From NCBI GenBank assembly GCA_013239625.1, contig MU054187.1, positions 6,397,757 through 6,461,756 on the forward strand: a DNA stretch of 64,000 nt, in the 5' to 3' direction. This DNA is from Lama guanicoe. Taxonomy: Eukaryota. Under the pieces are notes generated by a model. The model worked only from the letters and a program-made list of their open reading frames with translations, was not told where the DNA came from and searched no databases. The position numbers and the translations under genes are program-made. Within the stretch, counting starts at the first letter, position 1. Every line of letters begins with the position of its first letter. Shown here in pieces: positions 1-13,162 of this stretch.

Positions 1-1694
1 TCCCGGGCTTCTCAGTGACCGACCCTGGAAACCACTGTGCTGGGTGGGGAGTGGCAGCTGACGTGACCTTGTCCTTAGTGGCACCTCACAGCACCTCTCG
101 TAGCCCATGAACATGCCTCTTCTTCACAGTCACCCGCCAAGGGGGCAGTGTATCTTCCTGCTCACAGGTGAGGAAACCGAGGCACGGAAAGCTGACAGAA
201 CCAGCTTAGATTCCGGTCCTGGGTTAGTGGAGGGGCTGCTGATTCGAATCCAGGCTGCTTCTCCCTCCAAATGATTTCCCAGACCTCCTGCTATTATTGT
301 GCAGTTCAAAACTTCTCCTTTCATTTATGTCTCATGATGAGTTTCAGCAACACTCTGCTCGGTTACTTATGTGTGAAGGCCACCGTCACCATCTCCGTCA
401 GTCTGAAAATCTGAATTTTCTTGCAGCGTGTTGTTGTATTGAAAAAAAGGAATGGTGCTTCAGATTTTTATTAGCTGAATGTTGTGTGTGAAATATAAAA
501 AGAAATCTTTCTGTGGAAATCGATGAACCTGGGTTTCCGAGTTTAACCCTGACTTAGTGAGGACTAAGTTCTGGCAGCTAGAGAAGAGGGGCGAGGGGTC
601 TGACTGATGGTGGGAGAAACGACTCTGAGGAATGAGGGAGACTCTCCCTGGAGATGTGAGCAGTGCGCACCAGCTTGGGCCGCCGCCCTGCGGGAGGCAT
701 TCTGTGTCCGCGTTCCTGCCCGGGAGGCGCTCGCCCTCAGCAGGGCCCGGCTCTGTGAGCGGTGCTGAGGCAGCCACAGGGTGTGGTGGAACAGGCGAGT
801 ATATTGACGTCAGAAAGACTATTCTCGAAGGGTCACAACTGCAGCAGGTAAAGTACCAGGTCTGGTGCTGAATCGAACAAGGAAGCAGCAGGACGGCTGA
901 AGCCGAGCATCCCCAGCAATTTCTTGTGCCTTTGTTGGCAGTTTGCGACGTCCGTCTGCAGAAATGCACGTGTAAATAAATGTGTGTGAGTTGTATGCTG
1001 CGTGTACTTCACGGCAGGGGTGGAACTCAGTCCTTACCATCCCCATGACTGTAGGGTCTTTGTAAGTCCCGGGCTAAGAGCATCTTTCACGCACTGTTTT
1101 GGGGACATAGCTAATTAGACAGGCACAGCTCATATTTGAGTTACTTTCCTGGTGGCCAGATTGATCATCAGGTCAAGCCGAAACTTCTGTAAAAGGGTGA
1201 CTGAAACAGAACTTCTGTCTTTTGAGAATGTCCCCTTTCCAAGATGGAGAGTTTCTCTGTCAAGATGAAAAGCGAGAAACAGAAAAGGCACTGTACGTCG
1301 ACGTGGAATCGCCCTGCCTGAGAGAGAAGGTGAATTATGTGTTCCGGATGCAAACCCCAAGACTGGCTTCGGGGAGAGAGCTAATCATGCGTAAGGGCTG
1401 GAAACATCCGGACCTCGGCTTGAAGCCTCCCTCAGTGACTACAGAGCTGCCGATAGATTTTCCCACTTGTCCTGGTGACAGTTCTACTTTCTAGGAAGTT
1501 ACAAGAAGCAACGATGGGTGGAATCATTTCAGATGAAAAAGGAAACACTTTGTAATGATAAAAATCTTGGGTGTAACAGAGAATGCCATCTGAGGCAGAA
1601 AGAAATTTCTCTGCATAGGGGTTAGATCAAACACAGGTCAATTTAGAAATTTAATTTTCAAAATACCCTGAAAAGGCAGGTGTAAAATCTCATT

Positions 1695-2000
1695 TCTTTC
1701 TTTTTTTTTTAAAGATTTAAAAAAATCGAGGTAATGTTGGTTTATAACATTCATGTGTACAATATTGCATTTGTACTTCTGTACACCTTACAGCTCACCG
1801 CCAACACTTTGACTTCCATCCATCACTGTATGGTCCATCCCCTTCACCCATCTCTCCCACCCTTGCTCCTTCCCCTCTGGTAACCACATGCTTGTTTTTG
1901 TTTGGTTTGGTTCCTTCACCTTTATTTATGTATCTTTTTTGGTTTGTTTGTTTTTTATATTCCACATGCGAGTGACATGGTGCGGTATCTGTCTTTCATT
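1695..2000 (-). mobile_element. L1 3' end fragment
   Basis: A poly-T run is followed by antisense L1 3'UTR-like sequence (TTTATAACATT...TCCCCTCTGGTAACCAC...ATTCCACATGCGAGTGA). Confidence 0.75.
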
Positions 2001-3499
2001 TATTTCTTATATGGGCTCCCTGTCGATCCCTTTCTGCTTTACCCTCGGGAAACTGCTCTATATCCTCAAATAAAAGGAATGAGCAACAAGCAATAAAGGG
2101 AGAAGCACTCAGTTCCTCTCTTCAACCTGATTTATTTTTTAGGGATGAAGACCTTACTGAAAATGCTGGGACCGACTACTGAAAAGGGACCCAACATTAG
2201 ATCAACGATTGTCAAAGCGAAGCTGTTACGATTTATAAAATTCTAAGTCTCTGGCCCCAAATGGACTGTGTCTTAGGACATTGAGAAAAAGCATTTCTAC
2301 CGCGGCAGTGCTGTCAGCAACCTCGGGGGATCCTGGAACATGATCCAGGGAGGAAAGCTGGAATTTTCAAAAGAGGAAAAGAAAAAAACGCGTTCCCTAA
2401 GCTGGTGAGCCTATGAATGGATTAGGGAAGATTCTAGAACACCGCTTCAAAAGGGGAGACATCGAGTGCTCAGATTCAGGACTCGGCCCTGGTTTAAGAA
2501 TGTCAAGCGACAATGACCTTCTTTCTTTGTTCGTTGGGTCACGTGAGTGTATACAGTGTATGTGGATTTCAGCAAGCATCTTGTATGTGTCTCTTTTCTG
2601 TGGGACTGGCTCACTGTATATTAGACAGGTTGGTAACTGTGAGACTGTCCCTAGTCCTTCCACGTCTCCTCCTGGGAGAGGTTTTTATCATGAGATGGAG
2701 CTGAATGTTGGTGTCATGTTTATCAAATCGAGGAGTGAACCAGAGAAGGACAGTTAAAATCCTAATGACAATATCTGCAGTTAAAAAAAAAAAAAATCAA
2801 GCAGGCGGCCAGATGTCCTCAACAGAAAACGAGTGAGACCCAGCCCCCACCCTGCCTCCCCTCCCCACCGCAAGTTACAGAATTACACGATGCAAGTGAT
2901 AATGTACAGCAACACGGGCGATACAGACTTACTATAATTAGTTGACTGAGAGCTTGATAATGAGAGAACTAATGAGATCCTAATGAAGTTTTCAAATCCT
3001 CTTGCTGACCTTGGCAACCCAATGTCTGGAAGCACAGAAGTCGGGTTACTGGAAGGTTGGAGTCCAGGACGAGGGAGCTCGTTCACAGACCCACCTCTCC
3101 TCTATCAGTCAGACCAAATCTAGAGGGGACTCTCCAGTTTTGAATGCTATTTTTTAAGAGCAACACCAACAAACAGGTGTATGTGTCTGAAGTGACTGAG
3201 GAATACAGACGTTTAACCAGGAGGAAAAAGACAGGGGTGTCTGTGTGCCTCCACATGCTACCTGGTTTCAAACACGAGAAGAGGCTGAGGAAAGAGGGCT
3301 GGAAACACGTTGCGTGATTCCAGGAACTCTCACTTTGCAGCTCAGATGTCCTCTTGTCAGTTGCTCAAAGGAGCCTTCCACTATCCCTCCCAGAAAGGAG
3401 CCCCTCCTCCCGGGCCCCTGTGACCTCATGATCCTGCTCGATTTCTCCTCCGACGCTTAGCGCTAGTTGAAATTGTCATTCATCCATTTTCTTCTTTCC

Positions 3500-3651
3500 T
3501 TCTGTCTTTATAATCCTCGCGAGGCAAGGGCCTTTCTTTCTGGTTCAGTGCAGTGTCCCAGGAGCCCAAGCCGATACACAGCGCAGAGTAGGTGCTTAAT
3601 AAATAGCAGCTGGAGGGAAGGAAGGAAGGAAGGAAGGAAGGAAGGAAGGAA
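3500..3651 (+). mobile_element. L2 3' end with (GGAA)n tail
   Basis: GAGGCAAGGGCC...GAGTAGGTGCTTAATAAATA resembles the L2 3' terminus and is followed by about 9 GGAA units. Confidence 0.65.
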
Positions 3652-3867
3652 GAAAATACGAATGGATTCCGAAGGGCCAAAGCAGAAGTAACGCACAGAG
3701 TCAGAAGGAGGCCAGTTCTAACTGAATGGGAAGTGGGCTGGTCCAACAATCGGTGGCGGCTGGTGCTGGAACCAGTGTTTTCTGGAGGCGACTCCCTGTG
3801 GCTTGATACATTCAGAGAACATGGCAGGCCAGGACACGAATGAGAAATGGCTTAAACGACCTCTACA

Positions 3868-4284
3868 GAATGTCATTCTAAGTGAAGAAAGCCAGAAAGA
3901 CAAAGAAAAATACCATATGATATCACTCATATGTCGAATCTAAAAAAAAAAAGATGACAAATGAACTTAAATATAAAACAGAAACAGACCCACAGACACA
4001 GAATACAAACTTGGGGTTGCCAGGGGGGAGGCAGGTGGGAAGGGACAGACTGGGAGTTTGAGATTTATAGACACTGACAGGTATATATAGAATAGATAAA
4101 CGAGCTTATATTGTATAGCACAGGGAAATATATTCAAGATCTTGTAGTAGCTCACAGTGAAAAAGAATATGAAAACGAATATATGTATATTCATGTATGA
4201 CTGAAAAATTCTGCTGTACACCAGAAATTGACGCAACATCGTAAACTGACTATAACTCAATAAAAAATAAACTAAAAAAAATAA
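3868..4284 (+). mobile_element. Young 5'-truncated L1 (3'UTR plus A-rich tail) with TSD
   Basis: L1 3'UTR motifs (ACCATATGATATCACTCATATG, GTATAGCACAGGGAAATATATTCAA) and an A-rich tail. TSD TAAACGACCTCT (3853-3864) / TAAATGACCTCT (4285-4296). Confidence 0.9.
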
Positions 4285-5354
4285 TAAATGACCTCTTCAA
4301 TTTATTCTGACCTTGAGATTAAATGAAAAATATATTTGATATTTAAAATTTTTCCTCCTCTTTAGGAATCCAGCATTGTGTGACATTGACCGACCTTATC
4401 AGCTTCAGCCATGTGGACTCTCCTCTGGCTGTTAAGGAAGCAGCGGGGCCGGGAGAGGGCGGGGTGAGGCCGCGGTGAAGTTCAGAATCTGTGACTGTCA
4501 CGCTGCTAGAAATCCCACATCTGAGTAGTCTTGGGAAAGTCACTTTTACCTTCTGTTTCGTTTTCTCATTTGAGGAATAATAATAATAACACCTTCCTTA
4601 CAGACATGTGACCTAATTCAATGTGTCAAAAATGTTTCTGGGATCCCCCGATGAAAGGCACCTGGTAAAGGCCGAGCGACTCTCGTCTTCTCTGCAGGCC
4701 CCGCTCTGTGGCCGTCCTCCCCACAGCGCCTGCCCTGTGTCTCTCTCTCCTGGGAGCAGACGAGGGTAAGGCCCGAAGTGCTTTGTCGGTGTGATGGGAA
4801 CCCCTGGAAAACCCGGCTTGGCTCACTCTCCTGAGGCACAAGGACGCTTGTTTCCGGTCCAGTGAGACAAAGCGCTGAGCGGCACAGGGTCAAGGTCATG
4901 ACTCTTAGTACTTCCTGCGGTCAACCAAGCATTCGAGTGGCCCGCGGTGGTTTTTGCTGTTCTTTTCTACACTTTTCTAAGCTCGGTCTCCTGAGGCCTG
5001 GACAATTCTGCCTTCAGTGGGGTAGGAAAACAAAAAACTGGGACTCCATACTTTGCAAATGCCAACAGCTCTTTTGACTTACTTTCCCGTACAGTTTCTG
5101 CACCACCGTCCACCCCCATCATCAGAAAGATGGAGAAACTGGCGTGAGAATTAGCCCTCAGGTGGCAACACTCCCTGGTTTGCAGCAATCCCCTCCCAGC
5201 TTGAACACTCCTGGCCTTCATTCGCGGCGGGTTTCTTCTGTTTGAGGGCAGGTGGCCCCTGCTCCCCTCACAGCAGACCCGGCTCATTCCTTGTACATGT
5301 GAGAACCAATTTCTCTGTGCCCTTCCCTCCCTTCATAACCCTACCCTGACCCCC

Positions 5355-6210
5355 GGTAAGAAAGGGCCCTTTTTTACATAAACATACCAAAGTAAGGCCA
5401 ATTCCACACATAAACGTTCAAATGACTTTTAACCCAGGCACCAGAGCCATTTAATGGGGAAAGGAAAATCTAATTAACTGACTGTGTTGGGACAACTCTG
5501 TGTTTGGAAAAATAAAGAACCACGTTCTGTCTCACACCACACACAAAAATCAACTGAAGGTGGATCACAGACTTTACTGAAAAAGCGGAAGTGATGAAGG
5601 TACCAGCATAAAATGCAGAGCTAGCTTTACAACCTTGAGGTGGGTATATATTTCCTAGAGAGGACATTAAAAACTGCAGACTGGAAGAGAAAAACATTAA
5701 TAAATTAGACTATCAAAATTAAAAACTCCTAGGTATTAAAAAAACACCATCAAGAAAATTGACAGGCAATTCACAGACCAGGGAAAAATAATTCACAACG
5801 CATACATGTGACAAGTGGCTTGTTTCTGAAACATCAAGAACTCCTGCAACGCCATCACAAAAAAAGACAACCAAGTCAGAAATGGACAAAAGACTTACAC
5901 ACTTCACAAAAGATGATGAAATGGTAGCAAACACATAAAAAAGCATGCGCTATGCGTTAGGAAATGCAAATTAAAACCACAGTGAGGTCCTGGGGCACAC
6001 CCACCACCATAGCTAAGACAAAAGGTGATGCCGGGTAATTGGCATCGTTGCTACGAAGCGTTGCTAGCGAAGCGCGGAGCGGGACGTCCTGTTTGGCAGG
6101 GTCTTTAAAGCTAAACTGACATCTCCTCTGAGACCTATGTGTTTCTCCAAGAGAGATGAGAACCACACGTGCACGAATGTTTACAGCAGTTTTTTGTATA
6201 ACAGCCCCAG
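5355..6210 (+). mobile_element. Old L1 (L1M-type) ORF2 3' region, degraded
   Basis: Contains decayed ORF2-end motifs, e.g. CACTTCACAAAAGATGA and TTAGGAAATGCAAATTAAAACCACAGTGAG. Confidence 0.75.
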
Positions 6211-6620
6211 CAAAGTGAGTCTGGGTCAGAGGGTGGGCGAGGGTGGGAAAGAAAGGGGGGTCAAGACTGAGACCTCAGTGGCCAACCTGAGATGGATTCT
6301 CAAAGACTGAAAGGTGAGGGTGGGGATCATAAAGACTTGTTGCGACAGCATCTGGGCGTCACTGGCTGCGAGTGACGGTGCTTTCTTTGTGCTCCAGCTG
6401 GGCTTAGACTCAACATTGCTCGGCAGAGCTGCAGGCACAAGGGATGCTCCGTAAGCACTTGCTGAAGGCATGTTCTTCCGGAGGGGGCTTCTTGCCTCAG
6501 GTGCCTCAAGCCCTTCCTCCTGGCTTGCCAGCTGGTCCCGGGGTGGCAGGAGGAGGGCCGAGCTGCAGAGGCAGGCCCCAGGAGACGACGCTGAGAGCTG
6601 GCTGCGGTGGTCCTGCCTGC

Positions 6621-7024
6621 CTGGGTCTGCTAGGGCTGCAACATGCTGTGGACTGGGGGGCTCAGACCACAGACATTCATTTCTCACAGTTCTGGAGTTT
6701 AGAAGTCCAAGGTCGTGGTCCAGGCTGACTTGGGTTCTGGTGAGGTCTCTGTTCCTGGCTTGTAGACAGTCACCTTCTTGCTGCGTCCTCACATGGCCTT
6801 TCTTCTGTGTGTCTGCAGAGAGAGAGAGAGACAGAGACAGAGAGCAAGCTCTGGTGTCTCTTCCTCTTCTTATAAGACAGTAACCTTATCAGATCAGAGC
6901 CTTGCTCTCATGGCTTTATTTAACCTCAGTTACTTCCAAAGGCCCTATCTTCACATACAGTCAAATTAAGGGGTTAGGGCTTAAAATTATGAATTCTCGG
7001 GGACACAGCATCCAGCTCACAGCA
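6621..7024 (-). mobile_element. MaLR LTR (MLT1A/B-like)
   Basis: CATTTCTCACAGTTCTGGAG...AAGTCCAAGGTC and TCTTCTTATAAG...TTTAACCTCAGTTAC match antisense MLT1. Confidence 0.85.
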
Positions 7025-8357
7025 ACCCGGAGGACTGACCTTTGCAAAGACCACCACCGGCCGTGGGTGCAGGGAGGTTGGCTCCTTCTCGGCGGTGAAT
7101 GGCTTTTAGACAACAGCCTCTTGTCTCCATTAACCAGATTAGATTTGAATCAGAGAAAAGCACTGATTTCCTCAGCCTCCTGAGCGAGCTCGTCTTCCTC
7201 CTGGGGCGGCTCCTTTCCAGGCCCCTGATCATTTATCAGGAATTAAAAGCTTGCTGAGAATGCAAAACGCCGTGAGTCAAAGCACAGGTCTGAGTCAATC
7301 AGAGAAAGTCAAGGCTTCTTGCTTTTCGCTGATTACCAGGAGGGGAAGGGACGGCTGGTGAGACGCTCCTCTGGGCAGTGTCACACGTGCGACAGAAAGA
7401 AAAGAGGGCTGTGTCCTGAACGGAATGCAGAGGAGCAGGAGGAAGGAGCCAGCGAACCACTGTCTACATCCGGGAAAGGAGTTCAGAGCAAGTAGGAGCA
7501 GCCTGATTGTCCTGAGCGCTCTCCAACACTTTGCGGGAGGCCCTCCGAATTATTTATAGTTAATTTCCACCCAGACCTGGGCTTCCTGCTGACATCAGAG
7601 GTGACTGACACGTCCCCAGGCTGGACGTTTTATCTCACCATTCGCTGGAAGTGGAGCCGAGACTGGCGTGCTTCCATCTCTTTGGCCTGGCTTGTTCCAG
7701 GAGGAACAGCAAGTGAAGTCTCCTGTAGAGGAGCGGCTCGGCCTGGGCTTCCGACAAGGCTGCGAGGGCCCCACTTGAAAGACTTCTTGGACTCAACTGG
7801 ATTTTACCCTTGAATTGTTAAAAATGCCTACTGATGACAAGAATTAATCGTAGTGTCTCGGAAATCAGTGTCAATAGTATGCCAATAACCTATTAAAAAT
7901 TAACTAGCATCAGTATCTTTGGTCACTGTGAGCAATGTTTGCTTTTTTAAGCCTTTGTTTTACCCATTATGAGTCCTCACTATGAAAGAGAATCCATATT
8001 TAGTAAACAAAACAAAACCAAACCATCCCCCCACCCCAAACCAAACCAATTCTACCAGACTCTTCCTGGATGGGGCCAGCCAACCTAGGCAGCCCAGGAG
8101 AGGCAGCCTCCTTCATGATTCCGGCAGCTTAAGCAAAACAGAAGAAGGAGGAAGGTTGACTTACATCTCTGCCCTCAGGGTCTCTGGCTATCCCATCCAT
8201 GCTTTCCCAAAGAGTGTGCTTCTAAATTACTTCCCAATCTTTCCCACCAGATGAATTAATAACCAGGCATCAATGACAAAAATAAATAACCTTTTTAATA
8301 GGCGTTTGCTTTTCTCAAGGGTTGGTTGAGTCCAGTTGAATATTCAAAGGATGAAAT

Positions 8358-8686
8358 TGATAAAACCTCTCTCCTTGCCCGAACTTCAGTCAGGCTCCTC
8401 TGAGCCCTTGACCCCGTCCCGGCCAGGCCGGCAAGCCCAGTCTTAGCAGGAATCCTGTTAAGTCAGTTCAGCAGAAGTCCTCCCGTTGTTGACGTTTCCT
8501 CTTAGTAATTTCTCATCCACCCCCCAGCCCCCACCTTAGCTGTAACTCTCCACTTTTCCTTGTTGTATTTAGAGTTGAATCTGACCTTTTTTCCCAACTG
8601 TGATAGTCTTGACATCTATGTTGATGGTCTTGAATAAAGGTTTCTTTACTGTTTTAACAGGTGTCAGAATCATTGTTTCTTTAACA
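8358..8686 (+). mobile_element. ERV1 solo LTR, MER31-like
   Basis: TG...CA termini. The start TGATAAAACCTCTCTCCTTGCCCGAACTTCAGTCAGGCTCCTCTGAGCCC resembles MER31. Internal AATAAA, flanks AAAT/GAAT. Confidence 0.75.
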
Positions 8687-9039
8687 GAATGAGAGTTCCA
8701 TGAGGGTAAGAACTTTGTCTTTCTGTTCTGCTCACATATCTCCAGACTAACGGGAGCCCAGACATCTCTCAGTGAAGGTTTGTTCATAAACGGATGCTGA
8801 TACCAACGATCTCACTTCTTTCACTCACACCGAGGCAGGTTCTCTCCCCATTTTATGGAATAAGAAAATGAGGCTTACCTGGCTTAAGGGATTTATTTCT
8901 TATTTGCCAGCTGGTAAGAAACATTCCATGGAGGGATTGTTCCTTGCTCTGTCCTATGTTGCAAATATCTTCTGATTGTAAAGGATTAAGAAATAGCTTC
9001 AGTGGAGGTAAACAACACATAAATCTTCAGATAAAAGCT

Positions 9040-9410
9040 ATGCTTATTGAGAACCGGCTACATGGAAGCCTCTAAGTATATATTAACTTTAATCCTCTCA
9101 GCAACCAAATGATACAGGAGCTATTGTTATTATTACTATTATTTTATTAGTTTTATTGAGGTATACAATAAACTGCACACATGTCAGTGTACAATTTATA
9201 AATTTTGACATATGTGTAGACCTGTGAAATCATTCCCACAATCAAGACAATGAGCACATCATTACCCTTCAGAAGGACGTCTTATTATTCACCCATTTTA
9301 CAGATAAGATAGTTGATTTCATTTGTACGATGTTACACAGCAGCCATGTGGGGAGCCAGGACTTGAAGCCAGGTCTGCAAGATTTCAGAACGATGGCTTT
9401 TCCCACAACA
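9040..9410 (-). mobile_element. MIR interrupted by an L1 3' fragment (about 9130-9275)
   Basis: MIR halves (TTTAATCCTCTCAGCAACC and CCCATTTTACAGATAAG...GAGCCAGGACTTGAAGCCAGGTCTG) flank antisense L1M 3' sequence. Confidence 0.65.
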
Positions 9411-11745
9411 TCGGCAAGTGTCATTCTTTCCCTTCCTCTCTCCCTAGCCCCCTAGTTTGTCTCTGTCCTTCTGTCTCTCCCTCTCTTTCTCGGGTACCCT
9501 TGATCACTCACTATTTGGTAATGCTCTATATTTAGATGCTCGACACTGTCATCCTAAACCAGCAGCAACAATAAGCAGCAATGACAGTTACAACTGATAC
9601 AGACGACAAGCCACTCCAACAAGCTCTTTATGTAAAGTGACGTGGCCCTTCAGTGTTGGGCCTTGCCATCGGGCTGCCCCAGCTTTTAACCCCAGCCCCC
9701 ACATTTACTGAGCAACCCTGAGTGATGTTAGCGACCTTGCCGAGCCTTCACATCCTCATTGGCAAAAGGAGAGTATTAACGCCCATCTCAAAACTGGCAT
9801 GAAAAACCCGTGGCATAATTACATCGCGCAGTGCCGGATAACAGGAAGTACTCCAAAAGTCACCGTGATTATAAAATGCAGCAGAGCAATTTTATAAAAG
9901 GTTATCTCTTCTCAGATTTTCAGCAATAATTTTTCTCTTTCAAGACTACAGTTGTTTCTACACAGGTAAACAGACAAACACTTAAGAGCACATCTCAATC
10001 TTCCATTCAGCAAATACTCTGTGGGACAACAGAAATACAGCATTGTTGAACAGGGATAGAGAAAATTGGAAATGGTCACATCTGCTTAATTTCCCTCTGT
10101 TTAAGTTTATTTTTAGTCAGAGCCTCTTGAGCAGAAGATATGAGTCTCTTAGAAAGTAGTTTAAAAAAAAGGAAAAAAGAAGTCTCCGTTTAACTGCCCA
10201 GGCATCAGGCACAAGGTGTCAGCCTCCTGTGAGCCCCCGTTTCATTGGTTTTAAACGCCATGGCTTCATTTCAGCATAAAAGCACCATCACCATCCACCA
10301 GATCTGCAAGAAATGTGAAAAACATTTTCCAGGTTTTGTGGTCAATACAAAAATCAAGTTAATGAATTATTATTGAAATAAATAGCGAATTTGGATGTGG
10401 AAGAGAGCAGCAGGTCAGGATGGGAGAGAAATTAATCAGCCTAAAAAGTGTGATGGAGGAGGGCCAATTTAAATGGACTTTTTTTTTTTTATTAGCAAGT
10501 GAGAAATAATCTCAGCCAGGCTGTTTCATCCCTTTTTTGATGTAAGTGAAATCTCATCTTGGAAACCGCAGTCTTCTAGATGTGCTCCAGGTCGTGGTCA
10601 GAATGCAAGCTGCCTGCTTTGGAAACCGGTTGTCTGCCTTCTGTTCAACGAGGAGGTGGGATGGCGCACGCAGCTACTCACCCCAGCTCCTCACGTGGCT
10701 TCGCTGACACTCCAGCCCAGGGTAATAAGCCAGCAGGCATTTGCTCATTCTTTTTAAAATAAGCATGCCAGGGGAGCAGGCAGTGTATGAGACGCCGAGT
10801 GCACAAAGGAATAGTCACAGTCCTTCTCTCAAGAGCTATAACTTTAAATCCAGCTGGGACGACCAAGCGTATCCACCTTAACAAAGTACGTGAGCGTGCA
10901 AGGCCAGGACGACGCAGCACATGCATGGAGTGGCGTGGAGTCCTTCTGTGAGGAAGAAAGTGCTCTGGGCCAGAGCTGGGCCGCTGTGGGTGGGTCAAGT
11001 ACAGCTTTATGTAAGAGGTAGATTTCCAGCTGGACTGAGGGTTGGATTTTATCAGGGGAAAATGCAGTCCCGGTGCTCGGAGAGTGAAAAGCCCCCTTCA
11101 CGTTCAAAGTCTTGCAGGTCATCGGTTTCCTCTGCCCAACCCGCCTGCATCACAACTCCTCCCGCCCACGACTGTTCAGGGACAGGGCTATCAGCTCTCA
11201 TTGGTCACAATGCCTTTGTCTGTATTAGCTATTTCCTGCAGGTCACAGATCGGCCATATGGAGGGCGAGTGTTAAGAATGACTCTGCGGTTTGGAGCTCA
11301 TGCAGTTGGAGGGATGGTGTTATTGAGTGAAGTAGGAAATCTTGAAAGAAGACCTTATTTAGGGGGAAGATCCTGAGTGCCGTGCTGAATAAACTGAGTT
11401 TGAAGTGGCTTCGAGACGACTGGTGGCGTTAACAGCAGTCATCTTGGAGTGTTTTATTACAGAAGACAGCCAGTCTCTCTTTTTCACTTTTCTGTTTGCA
11501 AAGAAAATTCTTACAAAATACATAATGAGCGTGTATTACTTTAAAAGTAGAAAAAGTCATAAAATAATAATAAAACATGAAAAATTAAAGAGTTTTAAAA
11601 ATTAATAATACTCATTGAGGTTATATTTTATCTTGATCCAATTAGTTTATTAAAATGTGAACAGTGAAGCACCACATTTTGAGTCTTCGTTATATTGCGT
11701 ATCGTCAGCTCCTGTGACAAAAACCTGGAAAATGTTCAGCGGTTC

Positions 11746-12189
11746 TGAAGGGGAGCAGGATATGTGACCCTAAAATATGCCACTTTGGCAGGTGGATTAT
11801 TTCGATCTGAAAGCAATCAAGAGTCAAGAAAAACAACAACAAAAATTTAGATAGGGGGCCTGGCTGAGAGAGAGCTATTTTTACCAGAAGTAACTTTTAT
11901 CTGAATGACCTCCGTGTGTGGCAGGGCACACATCTAATTAGCAGACATCTGCTCTCCTCATTGAAGCCCCCACCTCCCCTGTGAAGCCCCAGGCCCCTCT
12001 CCCGTTCCTTAGCTCAGGATGGTACATAAGCCTTAACTGCCCGACTTGCCCCGGGTCTCATATTCCTATGGGATCCCTGTACTCACACAGTTAAATTTGT
12101 TTTTCTCCTGTTATCTGTCTTATGTTAATTGGATTATTAGACCAGCCAAAGACCCAGGAAGGACAGAGGAAAATTTTTCCTCCTCATCA
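11746..12189 (+). mobile_element. ERV1 solo LTR, MER34/MER39-group-like
   Basis: Runs TGAAGGGGAGCAGGATATGTGACCCTAAAATATGCC...TTCCTCCTCATCA with a perfect 4-bp TSD GTTC (11742-11745 / 12190-12193). Confidence 0.85.
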
Positions 12190-13162
12190 GTTCAAACACG
12201 ATCAAAATTTATTCCTCGCCCGTACAAAGCACAAAGTCATGCTCGGGACTAGTGCGCGGTCTGCTCCGAGGGTGAGCTGGAGACCTGGTGCCTTTCGTCT
12301 TGGGCCTCCACCCCCTGCGGTGTGGGTCTTCTAGGGAGTTCACCCCCGTATGCATCAGCTGACGGAGGAATAAAGAGCATGGAGAGTCTTCCAGGGGATG
12401 TTAACTGCGCCAAGCCTGGAAGTGGCACGAATCCCTTCTGCTCGGGTTCTACCGGCTGGAACTGCGGTGGAGACTGGGAAATATATTCTAGCTTTGTGCC
12501 CGACAAGAGGGGGAGGAAACAGGTTTTGTGACAAGCCGGGAAAAGTCTGCATGACATGCCATGTGTGTGCATTTAGTGTCTCCCCTCTAGAACGGCATCT
12601 CACCGGCGTCTTTTCAGTTTGCCCTTTAGTTATTATCTGGCTCACAGTCTTGTACTCACACACACACAAGAGCACACAGCAGACAGGGGACCAGTGGCCT
12701 TCATTACATCCAGAGATGTAAATAAGTATTTCTCTGGAGTATCAATCCAGTAACTGTGCTAAAGAAAATGAGGTTAGATTGAAATGATTTGTTCTATCTG
12801 AACCAATCACCCCCACTTTTTTTAGTGAATGTCATTAAGTACATTAACATTTTAGTTTAGAAACTCGTGGAAGATCAATGTGGAAGTCTTTTTGGTCTTG
12901 GTTCCTGGAATCTATAATCTGAATGTTAGAACTAGATTTACAAGAGGTTTTTAAAATCTGTAATAGTCACTAAATTTTGTCTGCAGACAAAATAATGACT
13001 CACAAATACAGGTGCCACTGTTCTTTCAAGTATATATAGATATTGTTAGGATAAGTAAAATGCATATTTAAAAGAACTGCTGAAGTTTACAGTAGCTTTT
13101 TGTGTTTTGTTAGTTCTGTACTAGAGGGAGGTTGTGAATTTTACAATTTTAAAAAGAGGTCA

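Noticed and set aside
134..150. CTCF-like CCGCCAAGGGGGCAGTG
   Set aside because: It mismatches the conserved 5' core positions when the AGGGGGC half is aligned.
1243..1336. Plus-strand exon candidate (DGEFLCQDEKRETEKALYVDVESPCLREK|GTGAAT)
   Set aside because: Mediocre splice sites, an unrecognised peptide and no partner exons.
2060..2100. Two AATAAA hexamers as a polyadenylation site
   Set aside because: No identifiable upstream exon, and the hexamer is common in AT-rich DNA.
3616..3651. (GGAA)n as an ETS-responsive microsatellite enhancer
   Set aside because: It is short and positioned as the tail of an L2 element, with no supporting evidence.
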